Positions 55,252 through 64,000 of a DNA stretch of 64,000 nucleotides are shown piece by piece. The first letter of the stretch is position 1. Each line of letters opens with the position of its first letter. The notes beneath the pieces were generated by a model that did not search any database, was not told the DNA's origin, and was given only the letters and a program-made list of their open reading frames with translations. The stretch lies in contig CAXXUO010000009.1 in the NCBI GenBank assembly GCA_963666485.2, forward strand, positions 384,001-448,000. The letters are read 5' to 3'. A program made the translations under genes and the position numbers. The stretch comes from Syntrophorhabdaceae bacterium. Its GTDB lineage: Bacteria > Desulfobacterota > Syntrophorhabdia > Syntrophorhabdales > Syntrophorhabdaceae.

Positions 55252-58200
55252 ATGAAAGATCCATCCAACAGATCACACCAGGAACTGATCGAAGAAGTCC
55301 TCGCATTGGAGCGGAGGATTGACGAGCTCGAGCAGGCAGGATCGGGGCTCAGGGCCGCAGAAACAGCATTGCGGGAAAGCGAGGAAAAATACCGCCGCCT
55401 CGTTGAAAACGCCTCCGAAGCCATTTTCGTCGCCCAGGGGGACAGACTGGTTTTTGCGAACAAGGCCACAACACAATTCACGGGATACGCGGCGCCCGAA
55501 CTTATGTCGCGGCCTTTCATTGAATTTATCCACCATGATGACCGCAATATGGTCATGGAACGTTACATTCGCAGGCAAAAAGGTGAAGAAGTTCCCGCGA
55601 CGTACACTTTTCGGGTGGTTCATAAAGACGGTCAGATCGTGTGGGGAGAATTAACCGGCATAGTTATCGACTGGGAAGGCAAGCCGGCGACGCTTAATTT
55701 CATGATGCCGATCAATGAGCGCATGCGCGCCGAAGAGGCGTTGCGGGAAAGCGAGGATGCGCAGCGAACTTTATTGGCCAATCTTCCCGCCGGTGTTGTA
55801 ATTATCGATCCCCTTACCAGAACGATCGAGGAAGTGAACAACGCCGGGGCTGAGATGTTTGGAGCTGAAGCCGGGTTTATCATTGGGCATCGCTGCCACG
55901 CATTCCTTTGCCCGGCAAGCGAGGGCGCTTGCCCGGTCTGTGATCTCGGACAGGAAGTGGACCATTCGGAACGACAGATGATCTGCACCAATGGTGACAG
56001 GCGCCCGGTCCTGAAATCTGTTAAACGGATTATCATAAAGGGGCAGGAAAAACTTCTTGAATGCTTTATAGATATCACGGATCGCGCTAAAGCAGACAGG
56101 GAGCTGAAAAGCGCCCACGCACATCTCGGCCGTATCCTTAAATTCAACGAGGCCCTTCTTTCGGCAATCCCCACCCCGGTATTCTACAAAGACAAGGAGG
56201 GGAAATACCTCGGCTGCAACAGGGCATTTACAGAGATAATGGGGGTCACGTCAGAGCAAATAGCGGGAAAGACGGTCATGGAGCTCTGGCCGAGTGAGCA
56301 TGCGGAGATGTACCACAATAAGGACCTGGAATTGATGGAGAAACCCACGCGCCAGGTCTATGAGTTCAAGGTGCACGATAAAGACGGCAAGGAACGTATG
56401 GTCGTTTTTGCGAAGGATGTTTTTCTCAACGAAGCCGGACAGGCAGCAGGAATTGTCGGCGCTTTTCTTGATATCACCAGCCAGAAACTTGCCGAAAAAA
56501 CCGTACGGCTGAACGAATCCCGCCTGGAGGCCCTGCTCAACCTGAACCAGATGGCAGAAGCAACTCTTGCCGAAATTACCTCTTTCGCGCTCGAAGAAGC
56601 TGTTCGGCTCACGAGGAGCAGCATCGGGTACCTCGCCTTTCTCAATGAGGATGAAAGCATTCTGACAATGCATTCGTGGTCCAAAACCGCCATGAGTGAT
56701 TGCGCAATGGAAGAGAAACCGATCCATTACCCTGTCGCAAAAACAGGCTTATGGGGAGAGGCGGTGCGTCAGCGTAAGCCGGTCATTACGAATGATTATA
56801 ATGCCCCCGGCCCATGGAAAAAGGGGTATCCTGACGGCCACGTTCGGGTTACCCGTCACATGAACGTTCCCATATTCATGGAATCAAGGATCGTACTGGT
56901 TGCAGGGGTGGGCAACAAGGAAGACGAGTACAACACGGCTGACGTGCAGCAGTTGACATTATTGATGGAAGGAATGTGGCGGCTCATCGAACGCAAGCGT
57001 TCCGGTGAGGAAATATTTGCAGAACGGGAAAAACTGAAGACGCTCTCCAATAACGCGCCGTTTGGAATGATCCTTGTCGACAAAGAGGGCCGCTTCACCT
57101 ACATGAACGAAAAATTTACCACTCTTTTCGGCTACACGATATCCGATACCCCGGACGGCAGGGCGTGGTTCAGAAAAGCGTATCCGGATACCGCGTACCG
57201 GCATGCTGCGATCGCCACCTGGCTGGAGGATACGGGAGACGCGAATCCGGGCCAGCAGAAACCGAGGATCTTTACCGTCACCTGTAAGGATGGCGCGCAG
57301 AAAATCATCAATTTCATCCCGTCCACCCTTGTTTCCGGCGATTATCTCATAACCTGCGAAGATATTACCGAACTAAAACATCTCGAGAATCAGCTCAGAC
57401 AGGCACAGAAGATAGAAGCTATCGGCACCCTCGCCGGCGGTATTGCCCATGACTTCAACAACATTCTCACCATAATGACAGGATACACCTCGCTTATACA
57501 AAAGGAACTGGACCCCTCACACCCCTTGCGGCCATATGTGGACCATGTAATCTCTGCTTGCAAGAAGGCAGCCGATCTGACCGGGAGCCTCCTGGCGTTC
57601 AGCAGGAAGCAGCCTATAACCCTCGCCCCCCTTAACCTTAACCGCACGATCAAGGAAACGGAGAAGCTCTTGAGACGGCTTCTTACCGATGACATCGAAC
57701 TGCATACATCCTTTACGCAGGACGATACCTTTGTCATGGCCGACAAATCCCAGATCGACCAGATCCTTTTTAATCTTGCCACTAATGCACGGGATGCCAT
57801 GCCAAAAGGCGGAACGCTCTCCATAAAAACCTCTCTCGCCGTTATAGATGACAGATTCATAGCAACGCACGGATTGGGAGAACGGGGAAGGTACATAGAG
57901 ATAAGCGTCTCCGATACGGGAACGGGTATGGATGCGACAACACGGGAAAATATCTTCGACCCCTTCTTTACCACGAAAGAAGTCGGGAAAGGCACCGGGC
58001 TCGGCCTCGCGACGGTCTATGGCATCGTCAAGCAGCATAACGGGTTTATCACGGTGGACAGCGCGCCGGGTCGAGGCGCCACTTTTAACGTCTATCTCCC
58101 CGTGGTACAGATGGCTGTCGATGACACGCAGGATATGGGACCTCCCCTCCAGAGAGGAAAAGAGACGATCCTTATCGCTGAAGACAATGAAGATGTACGG

Positions 58201-58513
58201 AGCTTAATGCGGGATGTGCTTCAACAATACGGTTACGAAACCCTTGAAGCGGCGGACGGTGAAACTGCCATAGAGACATTCCGGCAGCACCGGGATGTGG
58301 ACCTTATAATCATTGACTCGGTGATGCCCAAAAAGAACGGGCGCGAGGTTTACGAGACGATATGCGGCACAAACCCTCAGATTAAAGTGCTTTTTACAAG
58401 CGGATATAATCCTCGACAAGGGGATCGAAGAAAAAGAATTAGACTTTATTGCTAAACCGCTGTTGCTGGATGTTTTTCTCCGGAAGGTCCGCGAAGTGCT
58501 CGACAGAACATAA
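55252..58513 (+). CDS. Hybrid sensor histidine kinase (PAS x3-GAF-PAS-HisKA-HATPase-REC); frameshift in REC near 58405
   Basis: GIAHDFNNIL, NARDAM, DTGTGM, FTTKEVGKGTGLGL, ILIAED; the REC end IILDKG..DFIAKP..KVREVLD lies in another frame, stop at 58511-58513. Confidence 0.9.
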
Positions 58514-58574
58514 ACAAGTTTCCCATTCCCCTTTTACATTCGCACGGCGTCGATGACAGGTGCGAGGTTTCATA

Positions 58575-58904
58575 CTAAGCTTCCAACAGCCTTCTTTGAA
58601 GCAAAGTCTGCATATCACGTCTGCCGTCAATTACCAAGAGAACATACACTCTCTTTCCCGCAATGCGATAGATCATGCGATATGGTTTAAAAAATATTTC
58701 CCTGTAGTCGCGAATGCCTAAATTCCGCAACTCGTTCGGATAAGAACCACGTTCGGGGGCAGTCGACAGGCTGCCCAGCGCCTTTTCGATCTTACTCAGC
58801 ACATATGCCGCTTTTTCCGGGGAATCATGCTCGCTTATAAAGCCGATGAGCTCTTCGAGATCGGAGACCGCGGAATTGGTCAGGAACACCTCAAATGATC
58901 TCAT
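58575..58904 (-). CDS. RelE/ParE family toxin
   Basis: A..DLEEL..FI..HDSP, PERG.YP.EL...G..DYRE....PYR.IYR, DGRRD. Confidence 0.9.
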   Translation of the reverse strand: MRSFEVFLTNSAVSDLEELIGFISEHDSPEKAAYVLSKIEKALGSLSTAPERGSYPNELRNLGIRDYREIFFKPYRMIYRIAGKRVYVLLVIDGRRDMQTLLQRRLLEA

Positions 58905-59176
58905 GTATTCTTTTGTTTGCCGCGCAGGCGCCTGATAACGTCATCGGCGGCCTCGATCTTCCCGTCGTCAGCCTGTTTATTGCCGAGCGCCAGTATCTTC
59001 AAAAGGGCCATTGTCTCCATTGTCTGCTCATAGCTCTCTATATCTTGTATAATAGCCTTCGCTGTCCCATTTTGAGTGATGATAAGCGGTTCCTTTTGTC
59101 CCCCTATATCCCTGACTATCTCGGATGCATGGGCCTTTAAATAACTGATGGGTTTTATGCGGCTGGACAATTTCAT
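58901..59176 (-). CDS. Phd/YefM family antitoxin
   Basis: IKPISYLKAHASEIV, PLIITQNG.AKA; overlaps the toxin start. Confidence 0.9.
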   Translation of the reverse strand: MKLSSRIKPISYLKAHASEIVRDIGGQKEPLIITQNGTAKAIIQDIESYEQTMETMALLKILALGNKQADDGKIEAADDVIRRLRGKQKNT

Positions 59177-59203
59177 AATCACCTCGATGCACGAATATGA
59201 CCG

Positions 59204-59232
59204 ATTATAGTCCAAATACAGGTCAATGTCAA
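59204..59232 (-). promoter_or_regulatory. Consensus sigma-70 promoter of the TA operon
   Basis: TTGACA-17-TATAAT on the minus strand, overlapped by a TGACC...GGTCA inverted repeat. Confidence 0.85.
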
Positions 59233-59265
59233 TCCAGGCTGCACGGAGAGAGTAAGATAGTGAAA

Positions 59266-59400
59266 GAAAAAGACTTCTCTCGCCCGCTTCGCTTGAGGAC
59301 ACAGAGAACGCGGGGAACAGCGGAGAAGAAAAGACTTGTCGACTGATCGCGGAGCCGACCACGATCAGTCGACACTTCCGTCGGCTTCGCCGAGAAAAGA
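59266..59400. repeat. REP/MITE-like palindromic element
   Basis: Direct repeat GAAAAGACTT twice; hairpin GTCGACTGATCG..CGATCAGTCGAC. Confidence 0.35.
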
Positions 59401-59503
59401 TGAGCGAACTTGGGCCGGTCTTTTGTTGCACTGCATATGCTTATGTCGATACAAAAGGGAACCTGGTATTTTTACCTCAGTAAGATAGCCGGAGAGTGGA
59501 AGG

Positions 59504-59668
59504 ATGAAAAATAGTCCGCTTCTTTATTACAAAACACGGGAGGATATCAATTCCTACCGGAAAAAACCGGTCAAGGCAAAACTCTGTTGGCTTGAAGCAC
59601 AAATGGAATTCTTCCACAAGGCAATGCCGGAAAAAGCAAAAAAGATACGTAAAAAACTGAATGGTTAG
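59504..59668 (+). CDS. Small basic protein (54 aa), not in ORF track
   Basis: MKNSPLLYYKTREDINSYRKKPVKAKLCWLEAQMEFFHKAMPEKAKKIRKKLNG; purine-rich RBS. Confidence 0.6.
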   Translation: MKNSPLLYYKTREDINSYRKKPVKAKLCWLEAQMEFFHKAMPEKAKKIRKKLNG

Positions 59669-59790
59669 TCCCCTCATCATTCCGGAATATGACATTTTGG
59701 GCTCATGTTCTTATCTTTGAATATGAGATGCATCTTCCCGTTCCCGGAAACGTCTTGTTGAAATTTGCGTCAAACTATCCCGCGCCAAGA

Positions 59791-59823
59791 TGACAAGCAT
59801 ATGTCACCTCGCACTGCTAAAAT
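59791..59823 (+). promoter_or_regulatory. WYL-box + extended -10 upstream of the ADP-ribosylglycohydrolase
   Basis: TGACA-agcata-TGTCA-N11-TAAAAT with TG extension. Confidence 0.75.
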
Positions 59824-59879
59824 TATATAACGGTACAATTTACGGTGCAGAATAATAAAATAAACTGGGAGAATTGTGT

Positions 59880-60647
59880 ATGATCGGTGCAATTGCAGGT
59901 GATATCATCGGCTCGGTGTACGAGTGGCATAACCTCAAAACGATCGATTTCCCTCTCTTTGATCCACTCTGCACTTTCACCGACGACACCGTCCTCACCA
60001 TTGCCATCGCCGACGCGATCCTGTCCGGCACTGATTACGGCCCCAGGCTCAAGGAATGGTATCGTCTGTACCCGGACCGGGGTTACGGTTCCGGCTTTCG
60101 CCGCTGGGCCAGAAGTCACAGTCGTCAGGGCGACAGCATGGGCAACGGCTCTGCCATGCGCGTGAGCCCCGTCGGCTTCGCCTTCAACACGCTGGAAGAC
60201 GTGCTGGAAGAAGCTCGAAAAAGCGCCCTCCCGAGCCACAACCACCCCGAGGGCATCAAGGGCGCGCAATCCGTCGCCTCCGCCATCTTCCTCGCCCGCA
60301 CGGGAACCGGCAAGGAAGATATCAAGAAATACATTCAGGAGACATTCGGCTACAACCTTAACCGTACCCTCGAAGACATCCGCCCCCGCTACCGCTTCGA
60401 CGCCACCTGCCCCGGTTCCGTCCCCGAGGCAATAACCGCATTCCTCGAATCAAACGATTTCGAAGACGCTATTCGCAAAGCGATCTCCCTCGGCGGCGAT
60501 TCCGACACGATCGCATGCATTGCCGGCGGCATCGCCGAGGCGTTTTACGGCATTCCCGACTACATTCGTATCCGGACGCTGGAGGAACTTGACGATACGT
60601 TGCTGAGTACCGTGGACTCCTTCACCAAAGAATACTGTTCTGCATAA
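59880..60647 (+). CDS. ADP-ribosylglycohydrolase (ARH/DraG family)
   Basis: GAIAGDIIGS.YE, FTDDT, GNGSAMRVSP, SHNHPEG, GGDSDTIACIAG. Confidence 0.93.
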   Translation: MIGAIAGDIIGSVYEWHNLKTIDFPLFDPLCTFTDDTVLTIAIADAILSGTDYGPRLKEWYRLYPDRGYGSGFRRWARSHSRQGDSMGNGSAMRVSPVGFAFNTLEDVLEEARKSALPSHNHPEGIKGAQSVASAIFLARTGTGKEDIKKYIQETFGYNLNRTLEDIRPRYRFDATCPGSVPEAITAFLESNDFEDAIRKAISLGGDSDTIACIAGGIAEAFYGIPDYIRIRTLEELDDTLLSTVDSFTKEYCSA

Positions 60648-60724
60648 AAAAAATCTTTTGCGGTGATGAAAACGTGTCATCATGGGTCCGGTGGCAAACC
60701 CTGCCTCCAAAGAACTCTTTGATA

Positions 60725-60747
60725 ATGATATCATTTGGTGATACCAT
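60725..60747. promoter_or_regulatory. Inverted repeat upstream of hicB (candidate HicB operator)
   Basis: ATGATATCA-tttgg-TGATACCAT. Confidence 0.55.
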
Positions 60748-60756
60748 GTTCCCATT

Positions 60757-61089
60757 ATGATGACATATAAAGGATATACCGCAAAAGTCGAATTTGACGA
60801 CGAGGACATGATATTTCACGGCGAGGTGATCGGGATCCGGGATGTTGTCACATTTGAAGGCGACAGCGTGAAGGAGATCGAAAAAGCTTTCCGCGACTCC
60901 GTCGACGACTACCTGAACATGTGCAAAGAAAGGAACGAGGCCCCGGACAAGCCCTTTTCCGGTAAATTCGTTGTGAGACTCTCCCCCGAGATCCACCGGA
61001 AAATACATGCATCAGCCAAAAAAGCAGGCCTCAGCGTCAACGCGTGGCTCAATGTGAAATTACGAAATCTGTTGAACGATCGTTGTTAA
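60757..61089 (+). CDS. hicB: HicB family antitoxin
   Basis: YKGYTA.VEFD.ED.IFHG.VIGIRDVVTFEG.SV.E...AF..SVDDYL..C; SGKF.VRL.PE.H RHH domain. Confidence 0.9.
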   Translation: MMTYKGYTAKVEFDDEDMIFHGEVIGIRDVVTFEGDSVKEIEKAFRDSVDDYLNMCKERNEAPDKPFSGKFVVRLSPEIHRKIHASAKKAGLSVNAWLNVKLRNLLNDRC

Positions 61090-61158
61090 TTTCGGCTGAC
61101 CCTCTATCCCCGGAATGCACCATGCGGATCGCTGTCGACTTCTCCTGGATCGTATAGA

Positions 61159-61393
61159 TCAGCATTTTGCTATGAATCTCCGAATGGTCTTTTCTATATA
61201 CTCCGTCGGCAGCTGCGCGTCTTCGATCCCCCTGTTGATCTCCTCCGCATAGCCCGTGCGGGGCACACCCTCACCCTCGACCGGGTCCACATACAAGAGA
61301 CATCTCGCAAGAGAGCCGTTCACCTCCACATCCAAGTGTTTCCTATCGTAGGCACCGGCCTTCACCGAGAATTAGGTGTTTAGCTTTCTTCAT
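61159..61393 (-). pseudogene. Gamma-glutamylcyclotransferase (AIG2-like) remnant with internal deletion
   Basis: AGGAGG RBS + ATG at 61393 joined out of frame to the C-terminal VKAGAYDRK.LDV...LYV...P..GY...I..G...AQLP.EYI. Confidence 0.6.
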
Positions 61394-61598
61394 AACACTG
61401 CCTCCTGAGAATTGGATTGTCATCATCTATGACAGAATTATACCACTTCAGCCGTCAGGAGGATCACCTGATATTTTTTGGACGAGATTTCGGCGGGTGA
61501 ATCGATGGTCTGATGCTGAAGAATCATTCTTTATTTTCTTTCTTACTGGTGATACATTCGTTTTACAAGAAGGACAGTACAGGCAAGGAGAAGAAGTT

Positions 61599-62660
61599 AT
61601 GGTGCACAGGATTGCGGTCATTCCCGGCGATGGTATTGGAAAGGAAGTTGTTCCCGAGGGAATTCGGGTTCTCGACGCCGCGGGAGAACGATTTAATATA
61701 AGGTTTCAATGGGAATTCTTTCCCTGGGGATGCGAATATTATTCATTACACGGGAATATGATGCCGTCCGACGGGCTGGCCACACTGAAAAAATTCGAGG
61801 CGATCTATCTTGGCGCCGTCGGTGCACCCGGGGTGCCGGACCATATCTCGCTGTGGGGTTTACTGATCCCCATACGCACAAACTTCCGGCAGTACGTCAA
61901 TTTAAGGCCGGTGAGGCTGCTTGAGGGTCTGCAAAGTCCTCTCAAAAACAAGAGGCCTGGTGATATCGATCTGTGCATCGTGCGTGAAAATAATGAGGGC
62001 GAATATTCCCGGGTCGGCGGGAGGATGTATGAAGGGGCCGACCGGGAAATGGCTATACAAATTTCGATCTTCACGAGGGAAGGTGTTGAAAGGGTGATAC
62101 GGTTCGCTTTTGAACTCGCGAAGAGAAGACCAAAAAAACATCTCACATCTGCCACGAAATCAAACGGGCTCATTCACACCATGCCTTTCTGGGACGAGAT
62201 ATTCCGGGAAATTTCACAGGATTACCCGGAAGTAAGAGCTGACCAGTTCCACATAGATGCGCTGGCCGCCGCCCTCGTCCTCCGCCCTGAGAATTTCGAC
62301 GTCCTCGTGGGAAGCAACCTTTTCGGAGATATCCTCTCAGACCTTGCTCCGGCCCTTGCAGGGGGCCTCGGTATCGCCCCGTCGGCGAATCTCAATCCCG
62401 AGCATGAATTTCCCTCCATGTTTGAGCCCGTTCATGGCTCCGCACCTGATATCGCCGGAAAAGGCACTGCGAATCCCATTGGGCAGATATGGTCCGGTGC
62501 AATGATGCTCGACCATCTCGGTCATAGCGATGCCGCTCAGGCAATAGAAGAAGCCATAGAAAGAGCACTGTTGGAAGAGAAGACCCGGACACCCGATCTT
62601 AACGGAAGCGCATCCACTCAGGAAGTAGGCATAGCAATCAGGGATTATGTCATGAGATAG
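61599..62660 (+). CDS. Tartrate dehydrogenase / D-malate dehydrogenase (decarboxylating)
   Basis: IPGDGIGKEV, VPDHISLWGLL, RENNEGEYS, SATKSNG, MFEPVHGSAPDIAG. Confidence 0.9.
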   Translation: MVHRIAVIPGDGIGKEVVPEGIRVLDAAGERFNIRFQWEFFPWGCEYYSLHGNMMPSDGLATLKKFEAIYLGAVGAPGVPDHISLWGLLIPIRTNFRQYVNLRPVRLLEGLQSPLKNKRPGDIDLCIVRENNEGEYSRVGGRMYEGADREMAIQISIFTREGVERVIRFAFELAKRRPKKHLTSATKSNGLIHTMPFWDEIFREISQDYPEVRADQFHIDALAAALVLRPENFDVLVGSNLFGDILSDLAPALAGGLGIAPSANLNPEHEFPSMFEPVHGSAPDIAGKGTANPIGQIWSGAMMLDHLGHSDAAQAIEEAIERALLEEKTRTPDLNGSASTQEVGIAIRDYVMR

Positions 62661-62734
62661 ACTGGCTTCTCCCGAAAAAAAACGGGACACATCCGGGCCA
62701 AATTCGATTGGAAGAACGACTGGTTCCCGAGGGA

Positions 62735-63730
62735 TCATTCACCAGTTTTATGGCTGGCGACAACCTTCTTATAAAATCTTTCCGCCTTTGCCGGGTTTAT
62801 TCGTTTTAATTCATGATAGGCATTCATGACTTTTTCTTCCCGGCCGGCTATTTTATATACAACTCCCAGGTCGAACCAGGCATCCGCATAATCCGGATCG
62901 AGTTCGACACATTTTTCGTAGCTTGCGGCGGCTTTATTCGTTTCCTGCAAGGTCATATACGCAAACCCCAGGTTAAACCAGGCCTTTTTATCACCCGGGT
63001 AAAGGTCCAATGATTTCCTCAAATACACGATGCCTTTGCCCGTTTCGCCCGCAATTGCATATATCGTTCCCAGGGAATGCCAGGCAGCGGCATTTTTCGG
63101 TTCCACCATCGTCCAAACCTGGCAATACGCTATTATTCCCTGGATATCATTCTGCGCTTCGAGATTAGCCAATTCTGCCCGCCGATCTTCTGAAATGAAG
63201 GAACCACCCTGTTGTCCTTTCTCCACGGCCCGCTTCCCGCCATCGGATGACGTTCCCTTGGGAATTTCCAGGTCTGCAGGTAAACATACCTCGCTTGCCA
63301 GCCGTTCAATAAATGTGTTCGGAGGAATCGGCCTGAATCCAAATCCACCGCGTTTTTTGTTTTTATCCCCGGTACTAACATCATTAAAATTGGCATCCCG
63401 GAAAACAATTTCGACCTGGTTGTATTCCCATTTCCTGCAGTCGATTTTCTCACGGGATTGATAATGCGTGGCCCGCGGTGATCCGGGAAGGCTTTCGGCC
63501 ATAACTACCATCATTTCCGTGGACAAAATATGGCGGGTTTTAACCGAAATTATTCCCTTCCCTTCGTGCACGACGGAAAGCCTGTCATATACCAGCGTTC
63601 CGGTCCTATTTTCTCCCACCTCGACCCATTCCGGGTTCGGAGCTTCCCGGCAGAAACCGAATACAGCCACACATATGCACAGCACAATAGTTCCCACAAT
63701 GATCGCAATTCCTGGATTGAAGCGACTCAT
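62735..63730 (-). CDS. Membrane-anchored/exported protein with adhesin-E-like N-domain and C-terminal TPRs
   Basis: N-terminal TM; W..V...YD..S...IDC...IPP.T..E.LA..VC; TPRs (AWHSLG, AWFNLG, AWFDLG). Confidence 0.7.
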   Translation of the reverse strand: MSRFNPGIAIIVGTIVLCICVAVFGFCREAPNPEWVEVGENRTGTLVYDRLSVVHEGKGIISVKTRHILSTEMMVVMAESLPGSPRATHYQSREKIDCRKWEYNQVEIVFRDANFNDVSTGDKNKKRGGFGFRPIPPNTFIERLASEVCLPADLEIPKGTSSDGGKRAVEKGQQGGSFISEDRRAELANLEAQNDIQGIIAYCQVWTMVEPKNAAAWHSLGTIYAIAGETGKGIVYLRKSLDLYPGDKKAWFNLGFAYMTLQETNKAAASYEKCVELDPDYADAWFDLGVVYKIAGREEKVMNAYHELKRINPAKAERFYKKVVASHKTGE

Positions 63731-63833
63731 ATCGGTGTCTCCTTTGCTTTTATATACACCCAGTGCACTGACGAATAGAGATTGGCGGCGGTGATGAAGC
63801 GTAATCGCCGGAGGAACCCCGCAATAACGAAAA

Positions 63834-63866
63834 ATTATATCGCACTAAGGTGACATCATCATGGCA
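63834..63866 (-). promoter_or_regulatory. WYL-box + perfect -10 upstream of the TPR gene
   Basis: Minus strand TGCCA-tgatga-TGTCA-N11-TATAAT. Confidence 0.75.
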
Positions 63867-64000
63867 CTCCCTTGCTTCCGGCACCGGCGAATCAGGACAG
63901 AAACGTGGTCTTGAGCCGGGCCATCCGCCTGGGCCGTTTACAAAACTCTATAGGTGTCATAGGTTTGCATTGAATGCCCGATATGGCTTAGCGGACCATC

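Noticed and set aside
59477..59695. 72-aa minus-strand ORF
   Set aside because: Shadow of the more plausible plus-strand ORF 59504-59668
60664..60679. TGATG-aaaacg-TGTCA upstream of hicB as a WYL box
   Set aside because: Left half-site is poor and there is no TAnnnT at +11
61418..61434. TGTCA-N7-TGACA near the GGCT remnant as an eighth WYL box
   Set aside because: Half-sites are inverted relative to the consensus, the spacer is 7, and it lies downstream of the local -10

Overview
64 kb of bacterial chromosome. Gene content (2-oxoacid:ferredoxin oxidoreductase gamma subunit, NrfA, PAS/GAF hybrid kinase, deltaproteobacterial-style T2SS) suggests an anaerobic Desulfobacterota/Syntrophorhabdus-like organism (inference). 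Left part: ade, porG-like and cysS housekeeping genes, then a ParB / sigma-region-2-like / DotM-like / lytic-transglycosylase module, small envelope genes, a signal-peptide TPR-CHAT protease and a Cache-lipoprotein + NCS2 permease pair. Middle: a signal-peptide SpvB-N/Rhs polymorphic toxin transcribed divergently from a near-complete type II secretion cluster. Main finding (35.8-63.9 kb): seven intergenic copies of a 16-bp palindrome TG(A/C)C(A/G)-N6-TGTCA. In five of them it lies exactly 11 bp before a TAnnnT -10 box, the geometry of mycobacterial PafBC-activated promoters. The copies precede an HTH-WYL-WCX regulator, a Cys-based phosphatase, a DUF2779 nuclease, a Zn-finger + ARPP-1 pair, a YbjN-like gene that heads a four-helicase/nuclease run, an ADP-ribosylglycohydrolase and a TPR protein. 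This is a candidate WYL-controlled nucleic-acid-damage / anti-phage ADP-ribose regulon. Several genes carry +1 homopolymer frameshifts (probably sequencing errors), and several antitoxins lack toxins. All family calls come from motif recognition by eye, not database searches.
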